A stretch of 64,000 nt of DNA from an uncultured Pelagibacteraceae bacterium. Lineage in GTDB: Bacteria; Pseudomonadota; Alphaproteobacteria; Pelagibacterales; Pelagibacteraceae. Positions 45,882 through 53,210 of the stretch are shown one piece after another. Positions within the stretch are counted from its first letter, which is position 1; every line of letters starts with the position of its first letter. The notes beneath the pieces were generated by a model, which was not told the DNA's origin, made no database searches, and saw only the letters and a list, made by a program, of their open reading frames with translations. Made by a program: the position numbers and the translations under genes. Location: the NCBI GenBank assembly GCA_902542165.1, contig CACBTF010000002.1, forward strand, positions 8,446 through 72,445. Reading direction: 5' to 3'.

Positions 45882-46754
45882 TTATTTGGTTGAAGTAATA
45901 ATTTTTATTTTACCTTTATCTCTTACTTTAGAAACACCTTCACTGATCACAAGATCACCTTCATTTAATCCAGATATAACAGAAACTTTACCAAAATTTC
46001 TTTTACCAATTTCAATATTCTTTTTTTCAGCGGTGTCTTCATTTACAGTATAAACGAATGCTGTATTTCCTTGAATTGTCACAGCTCTTTCCGGTACACC
46101 AATTTGATTTTTTTCATCATAAATAATTTTTACAGTCATTAGTTGACCTGGAATAATTTCAAAATTCGAATTATCGACTACTATTCTTGAAAGAATCGAT
46201 CTTGTAGAAGGGTCAATACGAGAACTAATTGTTTCTATTTTGCCCTTAAAAATTTTTTTGTAAGCAGAATTAGTAACCTCAGCTTTTAGTCCTGTTTTAA
46301 GAATACCTACATAATTTTCAGGAACTTTAATATCAATTACAATTTTTTTAAGATCATCAAGTGTAATAATTAAACTTTCTGAACCTAAGACACCTTGAGC
46401 TATTTCTCTCTTCCCTACCTTGCCAGCAAAATCTGCTATTAAGCTTCCCCCATCTTTTAATGAAAGTATTTTTTCTCCTTTTTTTACGAATCTATTTTCA
46501 AGATTAAGCTTTCCATTAATATTACTTGCTTGAACCCTATAGGCTTTTGAGTTCTGAGCAATTGCAGTACCAAAAGTTTCTATACTTTTATAAAAAAGTG
46601 ATTTTTCAACTGTAGAAACGATTACACCTGGAGCTGGTCTCACGCTAAATTTTTTTTTAAAATGAAGACCTATAAAGTGCCTCGCTGTTATGATTGCAAA
46701 AATAGCTATGAAAAAAATTATTAGAAAAGTTTTAATTTTTGATGAAGTTTTCAT
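45882..46754 (-). CDS. RND periplasmic adaptor (MFP), shortened
   Basis: N-terminal TM anchor, VKKGE lipoyl half, VPE, RID..TR, PG, VPE.AV, GL..GD.VI.EG; upstream of the RND permease. Confidence 0.88.
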   Translation of the reverse strand: MKTSSKIKTFLIIFFIAIFAIITARHFIGLHFKKKFSVRPAPGVIVSTVEKSLFYKSIETFGTAIAQNSKAYRVQASNINGKLNLENRFVKKGEKILSLKDGGSLIADFAGKVGKREIAQGVLGSESLIITLDDLKKIVIDIKVPENYVGILKTGLKAEVTNSAYKKIFKGKIETISSRIDPSTRSILSRIVVDNSNFEIIPGQLMTVKIIYDEKNQIGVPERAVTIQGNTAFVYTVNEDTAEKKNIEIGKRNFGKVSVISGLNEGDLVISEGVSKVRDKGKIKIITSTK

Positions 46755-46760
46755 ATTTTT

Positions 46761-47573
46761 TTAATCTAATCCGTATTCTGCCCATGAACCGTCGTAGATA
46801 ATAGGCTTTTTACCACTTATAATGGAATTAGCTAGACCTAAAATACATGCTGTAACTCCAGAACCACATGTAAAAGCCATTTCTTTTTCAATTGATACTT
46901 TTTTTGATTTGAAAATCTCAATTAAGTCCTCTTTTTTTTTTAAAGTTCTATCTTCTCTTAAAAGTTTTTGGAAAGGCAGGTTAATTGATCCTTTTATGTT
47001 TCCGCTTTTAAGTTCTTTTCGAGGTTCAGGCTGTAAGCCTAAAAATCTTTGTTCTCCTCTGGCGTCTAGTAATTGAAATTTATTATTTGTAATATTTTTA
47101 TTTACTTCATCTTTACTTATTACAAGAGATGTATTTTCAACTGCAATATATTTAGATCTATCAAAGTTAACTATTTCTTTAGTGGTTGGACGTTTTTCAT
47201 TTATCCATTTTTTAAAACCTCCGTCTAAAACTGAGATAAGTTTTGGGTCATGACCAAAATACAAAAAAGTATACCAAACCCTACAAGAGCTAAAAATATC
47301 TGAGTTATCATAGACAATTATGTGATCTGTATTAGATATTCCTAAACCAGATACAATCATCTCCCAATCTTCCTTAGACGGAAGCATATGTGGAAGATTA
47401 GTTTTTTGATTTGAATTTTTATCAATATCAAAGAATATAGAGTTAACGATATGTTCTGTTTTGTATTCTTCAAATGAATTTCTATTAGCATTTGGAAGAT
47501 GCCAACTAGCATCGAGAATTTTGACATTTTCTATGTTCCTATCTAACCAGTCTGTAGTTACTAATTGATTCAT
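46761..47573 (-). CDS. sseA: Tandem rhodanese / 3-mercaptopyruvate sulfurtransferase
   Basis: LDASWHLP, LPHMLP, LDGG...W, DAR...RF.G..PEPR, CGSGVTA, YDGSW.EY. Confidence 0.88.
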   Translation of the reverse strand: MNQLVTTDWLDRNIENVKILDASWHLPNANRNSFEEYKTEHIVNSIFFDIDKNSNQKTNLPHMLPSKEDWEMIVSGLGISNTDHIIVYDNSDIFSSCRVWYTFLYFGHDPKLISVLDGGFKKWINEKRPTTKEIVNFDRSKYIAVENTSLVISKDEVNKNITNNKFQLLDARGEQRFLGLQPEPRKELKSGNIKGSINLPFQKLLREDRTLKKKEDLIEIFKSKKVSIEKEMAFTCGSGVTACILGLANSIISGKKPIIYDGSWAEYGLD

Positions 47574-48019
47574 CGTCTGCTTTTTTCAATATATTGTTGA
47601 TGATATTCTTCAGCTTTACAATAATTTTTAATTTTTGAAATATTAGTTTGAATTTTCCCATTTACCTCTTTGTTAAATATTTCTAAAATTTCTTTAGCTT
47701 CAGCTTTTTGACTATCATCTTCATAAAATATTTCACTTCGATATTGAGTACCAATATCTGGATATTGCATATCTTTTTGAGTTGGGTCGTGCATTTTAAA
47801 AAATAAATCTAAAATTTTTTTAAACGAAATTACATTTTCATCAAAAGTCAGTCTAACAACTTCTGCATGACCAGTATCTCCTTTACACACTTCCTCATAT
47901 GTAACTTTATCGGATAATCCACCAGCATAGCCGACCTCTGTTTCAATTATACCTGGCTTGTTTTTGAAGTTTTCCTCAGGTTTCCAAAAACAACCAAGAG
48001 CAAGTGTACATTTCTTCAT
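47570..48019 (-). CDS. msrA: Peptide methionine sulfoxide reductase A (minimal)
   Basis: GCFW, VGYAGG, YEEVC.G.TGHAE, HDPT, D.GTQYRS, AEEYHQ.Y. Confidence 0.9.
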   Translation of the reverse strand: MKKCTLALGCFWKPEENFKNKPGIIETEVGYAGGLSDKVTYEEVCKGDTGHAEVVRLTFDENVISFKKILDLFFKMHDPTQKDMQYPDIGTQYRSEIFYEDDSQKAEAKEILEIFNKEVNGKIQTNISKIKNYCKAEEYHQQYIEKSRR

Positions 48020-48052
48020 AAAGTAATTATATAGAGTTGTGAGGATATTAAA

Positions 48053-48931
48053 TTGTTAACACGAAATCAATTAGGCGTATTGTACGGGGTTGCATCTGTG
48101 GCATGTTTTGCCATGATGGATGCTTGCGTTAAATGGCTAGACCAGTTTCCTGTAGGTGAAGTGTTATTTGCAAGATTTTTTTTTGGCTTGATACCAATTT
48201 TAATGCTTGTACCCAAGAGTGAATTTAAAACTTTTTATAAAACTACAAGACCTAAATTACACGCTTTCAGAGCTATAACAGGCACTCTAGCAATTGTTGC
48301 ACTTTTTATTGCTTTGAGAGAGATACCTTTAGCAGATGTTGTAAGTTTGACTTTTGGAGGGCCAATTTTCGTTACATTAGGTTCAATATTTTTTTTATCT
48401 GAAAAAGTGGGTATTAGAAGATGGTCTGCAGTTTTGATTGGTTTTGTTGGAATGTTAATGATTGTAAAACCGGCTTATGAAGAATTAAATATTTATTACT
48501 TATTTCCAATAATTTTTTGTATTTTCTTTGCCTGCGTTGCTCTAAGCATTAGAAGCTTATCATCTACAGAGCCTAATTATAGAATTGCCTTATACTTTTC
48601 TTTACTAAGCATGGTAGTTGGTTTAGCAACACTTCCTTTTGGCTGGATCATGCCATCAAAATTTGATCTGTTTCTTTTAATTTTCACTGGCATAATCGGT
48701 TCAGTAGCAAATATTTTGCTTACAGTATCATTAAGAATAGCTGAGGCATCATTAGTTACACCGACAAAATATTTAAATTTAGTATTTGCAATATTATTAG
48801 GATATTTCATTTGGGGCGAAATACCAAAAGTACTGACTCTTTTGGGAGCTGGTTTAATTATTGTAAGTTCTGCAATTATTTTTATAAGAGAGTCACAACT
48901 CAAAAAACAAGTTGTAAGTCCGAGACCGTGA
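48053..48931 (+). CDS. DMT/EamA-family transporter
   Basis: About 10 TM helices, P.F.T.....FL.EKVG..RW.AV..GF.G....KP, AEAS...P..Y; TTG start. Confidence 0.88.
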   Translation: MLTRNQLGVLYGVASVACFAMMDACVKWLDQFPVGEVLFARFFFGLIPILMLVPKSEFKTFYKTTRPKLHAFRAITGTLAIVALFIALREIPLADVVSLTFGGPIFVTLGSIFFLSEKVGIRRWSAVLIGFVGMLMIVKPAYEELNIYYLFPIIFCIFFACVALSIRSLSSTEPNYRIALYFSLLSMVVGLATLPFGWIMPSKFDLFLLIFTGIIGSVANILLTVSLRIAEASLVTPTKYLNLVFAILLGYFIWGEIPKVLTLLGAGLIIVSSAIIFIRESQLKKQVVSPRP

Positions 48932-49551
48932 GTAAATATCCAAGTTATTGGTCAAAAGCAGTTAAAACTCTTTCTAAAAGAGATAAAGTTTTAAAAAGAC
49001 TTATCATTAAATACAATGATAAATTTTTGACTACTAGAAAAGATATTTTTTACTCTTTATGTAAAAGTATAGTCGGTCAGCAGATAAGTGTATCAGCTGC
49101 TAACTCAGTATTTACAAAATTTCAAAAGAAAACTAAAAGAATTAATCCCTTAACAGTATCGAAATTATCAATATCTCAACTTAAATCCTGTGGTCTAAGT
49201 AGACAAAAAGCTTTAGGAATAAAAGAATTGTCAATTAAATTTGTAAAGAAAGAATTTGATCCAAAATTAATCAAAAATATGAATGACGAGGAAGCCATTC
49301 AATACTTATCATCTTTGAGACAAATAGGTAGATGGAGCGCAGAAATGATTTTACTATTCACTTACAATCGATCTAATATTTGGCCTTTACAAGATATTGG
49401 CCTATTAAGAGCAATATCAAATAATTATAAGAAAAACTACTTTCCTCCAAAAAGTTTTTTAAATAAACTTTATAAAAAATTTACACCTTATTGTTCAGTT
49501 GCTACGTGGTATCTCTGGCGCAGTATTGATGATGAACCAATCCAATATTAA
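48928..49551 (+). CDS. DNA-3-methyladenine glycosylase, AlkA/HhH-GPD family
   Basis: SIVGQQIS..AA, GLSRQK, IGRWSAEM, P..DIG, PY.SVATWYLW; GTG start at 48928 overlaps the DMT stop. Confidence 0.85.
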   Translation: MSKYPSYWSKAVKTLSKRDKVLKRLIIKYNDKFLTTRKDIFYSLCKSIVGQQISVSAANSVFTKFQKKTKRINPLTVSKLSISQLKSCGLSRQKALGIKELSIKFVKKEFDPKLIKNMNDEEAIQYLSSLRQIGRWSAEMILLFTYNRSNIWPLQDIGLLRAISNNYKKNYFPPKSFLNKLYKKFTPYCSVATWYLWRSIDDEPIQY

Positions 49552-49835
49552 GCGCCTTCAATCGTTTGATGCTGACGATCTGCGTAGCCTTCAAGAATAG
49601 AATGTGCATCTTGATACTCTTTTGAATTGTAAAAGTTATTAGCTTCATCATAGGATGGAAACTCAATTACTACTGTTCTTGGAGATTTATCGCCCTCATT
49701 AGATGTAGATCTTCCGCCTCTAATTAAAAATTTTCCCTTATATTTTTCAACTGCTGCTTTAGCTTTGACAGCGTATTCATTTAACTTTTCCTCATTACTT
49801 ATACTTTTATAAACACAAACTACATAACCTTTCAT
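49548..49835 (-). CDS. DUF1330 family protein
   Basis: GY.V, Y.G.FL.RGG, EG...R.VVIEFPS...A..FY.S.EYQ.A, EG. Confidence 0.88.
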   Translation of the reverse strand: MKGYVVCVYKSISNEEKLNEYAVKAKAAVEKYKGKFLIRGGRSTSNEGDKSPRTVVIEFPSYDEANNFYNSKEYQDAHSILEGYADRQHQTIEGA

Positions 49836-49868
49836 TTACAACTCCTTTAAAATAAACTAATTTTTTTC

Positions 49869-50396
49869 ATGGCAGATAAACTTATTATTGATTGGAAAGA
49901 GTATAATCTAATCGTAGAAAAACTAGCAATACAAATTCATCAAAGCGGATATAAGCCTGATATGTTAATTGGTATTATGAGGGGCGGAGCTCCTATTATA
50001 GATGTATTAAGCAGGGTGTTTAAACTTAAATGTGCTTACTTGGCTGTGGAATCTTATTCTGGAGGAGGAATCGAAGACCAACAAGGCGAGCTAGTTTTCT
50101 CAAGAGAAATGAGCTCCACAGTACAAGAAATGAGGGGAAATATTCTATTGTGTGATGACCTATCTGATACCGGGGTAACTTTAAATAAAAGTATTGATTG
50201 GCTTAAAAAATACCCTCCCTTACAAGGAAAAATAAAATCAATAAAGACTGCTGTTCTCTGGAAAAAGAGAGACTCTACTTTTGAGCCTGATTATTGTGCT
50301 CAGAAACTAAATAGTAATCCCTGGATTGTTCAGCCTTTTGAACATTATGAGGAAGTAAGAGTAGAAGATTTAATTAAAAAACATCAAGGAAGTTAA
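49869..50396 (+). CDS. Type I purine phosphoribosyltransferase (xanthine/guanine PRT-like)
   Basis: IGIMRGG, LLCDDLSDTGVT PRPP loop, KTAVLW.K, PDY, WIVQP.E. Confidence 0.82.
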   Translation: MADKLIIDWKEYNLIVEKLAIQIHQSGYKPDMLIGIMRGGAPIIDVLSRVFKLKCAYLAVESYSGGGIEDQQGELVFSREMSSTVQEMRGNILLCDDLSDTGVTLNKSIDWLKKYPPLQGKIKSIKTAVLWKKRDSTFEPDYCAQKLNSNPWIVQPFEHYEEVRVEDLIKKHQGS

Positions 50397-50418
50397 AGGG
50401 CCAGCCTTAACCGGCCCT
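50397..50418 (-). terminator. Hairpin between the convergent PRT and NCS2 genes
   Basis: Minus strand AGGGCCGG-TTAAGG-CTGGCCCT-TT; a GC-rich stem in an AT-rich background. Confidence 0.65.
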
Positions 50419-50425
50419 AAAATTA

Positions 50426-51736
50426 TTAACCTACGTAAAAGCTTAAGACACTAGCTGCTGCTATTACCCAAATTGCAGGCGAAGTTTTACCAAACTTACC
50501 TGTAAAAATTCTTATTAATGCGTAAGCAATGAATGCTAAAGCGATACCGTTACTAATACTGTAAGTAAGTGGCATAACTATCATAGCAAGCACAGCTGGA
50601 CCAGACTCAGCTATATCGTTCCAATCTATATCGGTAATATTTCTTACAAATAAAATTGCAACATAAAGTAAAGCTGCTCCATCTATTTCTTTTGGCAAGC
50701 TTGTTGCTAAAGGTGCAAAAAATAAACAAGCTAAGAATAAAACACCAATAACTAAAGAAGTCATTCCAGTTCTTCCGCCTGCTTTTACACCAGAGCCAGA
50801 CTCAACATAACTTGTAACAGTTGTTGTACCCATCATAGCTCCTGCAACTGTACCTACGCTATCCGATAACATTGCTTTATCTATGTCTTGTACTTTACCT
50901 TTTCTATCAACTTTTCCTGCAACATTAGCTACAGAAGTTAATGTCCCAGCCGTATCAAAAAAGTCAATAAATAATAAAGTAAAAATAATTGAAGCCATAC
51001 CAGCTGTGAATGCAGCTTTAAGATCAAACTCAAACAAATAAGTCATTGGAGGGATTGATCCAACTACTCCATTAAATTTAGCTAAGCCAGTTGCCCATGC
51101 GATTATACTAAACAATAAAATACCTATTATAATATTTCCTTTCACTTTCATTTTCTCTAAAACAATCATGAACACAAAAGTTGCACACGCTAAAAGCACT
51201 AAGGGATTTTTAATGTCACCCAATGTAACTAATGTTACAGGGTGATCACCAACTACTCCCATAATCTCTAAGCCAATAATTGCTAAAAACAAGCCGATAC
51301 CTGCACCAATTCCAAGTTTTAAACTTTTTGGGATCGAGTTAATTAACCATGCTCTGATCGGTGTTAATGAAATTGCTAAGAAGATAACTCCAGCAACGAG
51401 AACAGCTCCTAAAGCAGCTTGAGGAGTATAACCTTGTCCAGCAACAACACCATAGGCAACAAACGCATTGATACCCATCCCTGGTGCTAAACCTACTGGC
51501 CAAGTCTTTCCGTGGAAAGCCATAATAAAACATGCCACGGCTGTTGCTAAAATTGTTGCAGTGAATACTGCTCCAAAGTCAAAAAAACCTTTTTCTGTTC
51601 CAGCGAATTCACCAGAAAGTATAAAAGGATTTAAGAACATAATGTAAGCCATTGTAAGGAAAGTTGTTACACCGGCGATTACTTCAGTTCTAAAATTTGT
51701 TTTGTGTTTTCTATACTCAAAATATTTATTCATCAT
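50426..51736 (-). CDS. NCS2/AzgA-family purine permease
   Basis: E..AG.TTFLTMAYI, APGMG.NAF, GIG.FL..IG, DFFDTAGT, YVES..GV..GGRTG, PLTYSI..GI; GGAGG RBS before the ATG at 51736. Confidence 0.93.
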   Translation of the reverse strand: MMNKYFEYRKHKTNFRTEVIAGVTTFLTMAYIMFLNPFILSGEFAGTEKGFFDFGAVFTATILATAVACFIMAFHGKTWPVGLAPGMGINAFVAYGVVAGQGYTPQAALGAVLVAGVIFLAISLTPIRAWLINSIPKSLKLGIGAGIGLFLAIIGLEIMGVVGDHPVTLVTLGDIKNPLVLLACATFVFMIVLEKMKVKGNIIIGILLFSIIAWATGLAKFNGVVGSIPPMTYLFEFDLKAAFTAGMASIIFTLLFIDFFDTAGTLTSVANVAGKVDRKGKVQDIDKAMLSDSVGTVAGAMMGTTTVTSYVESGSGVKAGGRTGMTSLVIGVLFLACLFFAPLATSLPKEIDGAALLYVAILFVRNITDIDWNDIAESGPAVLAMIVMPLTYSISNGIALAFIAYALIRIFTGKFGKTSPAIWVIAAASVLSFYVG

Positions 51737-51869
51737 AAAATTAAACCTCCGATACAAGTTTATTACTCTATAAGCAGAATAAAATCTTAACTAAATCACT
51801 CATATCTGTTGTGATTCAACTAATAGTAAATGTATCTGTTTATAACTTTTCGTTATAACATAGGGAAAA

Positions 51870-52175
51870 ATGAAAAATTTATTCGTCAAAAATTTATGCA
51901 CAATTTTATTTATTCTTTTAGCTGGATGTCAGACAGTAACGCAAAAAATTGACCAAACTACAGAATTAGAAAAAAAAGAATTAAGCAAATGGTTAAATAA
52001 ATCAGAAGAGGATCTCAAAAGTTTTTATGGGCAACCTGATAAAGTTGAATTTTTAAAAACCAGAAATAGGAATTATGTATATTTCACTGAAAAATATAAG
52101 ATTAAGTGTGAGAGAAAATTTGAGGTAAATTCTAAAAATATTGTAGTAGGTTTTAGCAGTAAAAATTGCTTTTAA
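51870..52175 (+). CDS. Hypothetical lipoprotein
   Basis: Lipobox LAGC, G.PD motif, C-terminal Cys pair. Confidence 0.75.
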   Translation: MKNLFVKNLCTILFILLAGCQTVTQKIDQTTELEKKELSKWLNKSEEDLKSFYGQPDKVEFLKTRNRNYVYFTEKYKIKCERKFEVNSKNIVVGFSSKNCF

Positions 52176-52176
52176 A

Positions 52177-52206
52177 TTACCTGCGGAGAATCAACTCCGC
52201 AAGTAA
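52177..52206. terminator. Hairpin between the convergent lipoprotein and Hsp20 genes
   Basis: TTAC.TGCGGAG-AATCAA-CTCCGCA.GTAA. Confidence 0.7.
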
Positions 52207-52213
52207 GGTAAAC

Positions 52214-52657
52214 TTATTTTATTTCAATAAGTCTTTTTTTCTTTATTTCAGGTATGATTTTTTCACAAGAAATAGTTAGCAAACCATCTTTCAATTCAGC
52301 ACCATTCACTTTTACATCGTCTGCAATTGTAAATGATCTTGCAAAAGATCTCTGCGATATCCCTCGATGAATTACTTCATCACCGTCTTTTTCTTCAGAT
52401 CTTTTAACCTCTTTTGTTTTTACTGTTAAAAGATTATCTTCATATTCAACTTCAACATCGTCTTTATTAAAGCCAGCGAGTGCTAGTTCAATAGCATACT
52501 TATCTTTGCCTGCCTTTCGGATGTTGTATGGCGGATAGTTGCTTTGTACAGCAAGACTGCCATTGCCTAACATTGACTCGAATTGATCAAACATATCATC
52601 GAATCCAATGCTAAAAGGTCTAAGTGAATTAAAGATCGATAGATCCTTACTTGTCAT
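52214..52657 (-). CDS. ibpA: Small heat-shock protein (Hsp20/IbpA family)
   Basis: IGFD, YPPYNI, IELALAGF, HRGIS.RSF.R.F, A.L.DGLL.I; real start is the ATG at 52657 after AGGAGG. Confidence 0.92.
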   Translation of the reverse strand: MTSKDLSIFNSLRPFSIGFDDMFDQFESMLGNGSLAVQSNYPPYNIRKAGKDKYAIELALAGFNKDDVEVEYEDNLLTVKTKEVKRSEEKDGDEVIHRGISQRSFARSFTIADDVKVNGAELKDGLLTISCEKIIPEIKKKRLIEIK

Positions 52658-52710
52658 ATATCCTCCTTTGTTAGCAAGGTTAATCGTCAGCCCCATAAGG
52701 CGACCGACAG
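52655..52710 (-). promoter_or_regulatory. ROSE-like RNA thermometer in the Hsp20 5' UTR
   Basis: Minus strand: 5' hairpin GUCGGUCGCC-UUAU-GGGGCUGAC, then CCUUGCU-AACAA-AGGAGG, with the U(U/C)GCU motif pairing with the SD. Confidence 0.8.
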
Positions 52711-52714
52711 TACT

Positions 52715-52743
52715 TATATGGAAATTAATTTTAGTTTTTCAAG
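52715..52743 (-). promoter_or_regulatory. RpoH (sigma32) promoter
   Basis: Minus strand CTTGAA-N16-CCATATA upstream of the Hsp20 UTR. Confidence 0.75.
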
Positions 52744-52761
52744 AGGTGATTCTTTTATAAA

Positions 52762-53175
52762 TCAACAACAAGCAGATTTTTTCTTTTGAACGATTTCACT
52801 TTCGTTAAATATCTCAGCGTCTTCCATTGTGTGGTAAGCTTCCCACGCAACTCCATCTGGGTCATTAACCCAAGATTTTTCAGATTTTGCATAACAACAT
52901 GTAACCTTGCCATCAGAATGTGTAGCAATATCAGCCTTATCAAGATTAGATCTAATTTCGTTTAACTCTTTAACGTCATCTACTTGTATTCCTAAATGGT
53001 CAACACCATTTATTTTCACTCTTGTAGAAATAGCAAAATTTATTTTAGGATCTTCTAAAATCCACTGAGCGTAATCTGATTTAACTTTAGTTGGTTCAGA
53101 TTTAAATAGATTTTTATAAAAATTAATGCTCTCATTTAAATTTTTAACGCCTAAGTGTAGATGTAATCTTTGCAT
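52762..53175 (-). CDS. ArsI/CadI-family VOC metalloenzyme (putative C-As lyase)
   Basis: R.HLHL.V..L..SI.FY..LF, DYA.W...DP..NFAIS, DHLGIQV, TCCYA.S.K.WV.DP.G..WE, C-terminal CC. Confidence 0.88.
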   Translation of the reverse strand: MQRLHLHLGVKNLNESINFYKNLFKSEPTKVKSDYAQWILEDPKINFAISTRVKINGVDHLGIQVDDVKELNEIRSNLDKADIATHSDGKVTCCYAKSEKSWVNDPDGVAWEAYHTMEDAEIFNESEIVQKKKSACC

Positions 53176-53210
53176 TATTAAAAATTAATCAATATTTTAT
53201 AAATTTCAAG

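Noticed and set aside
51737-51869. Canonical purine riboswitch upstream of the NCS2 permease
   Set aside because: The three-way-junction consensus is not present; kept only as a weak structured-spacer finding.
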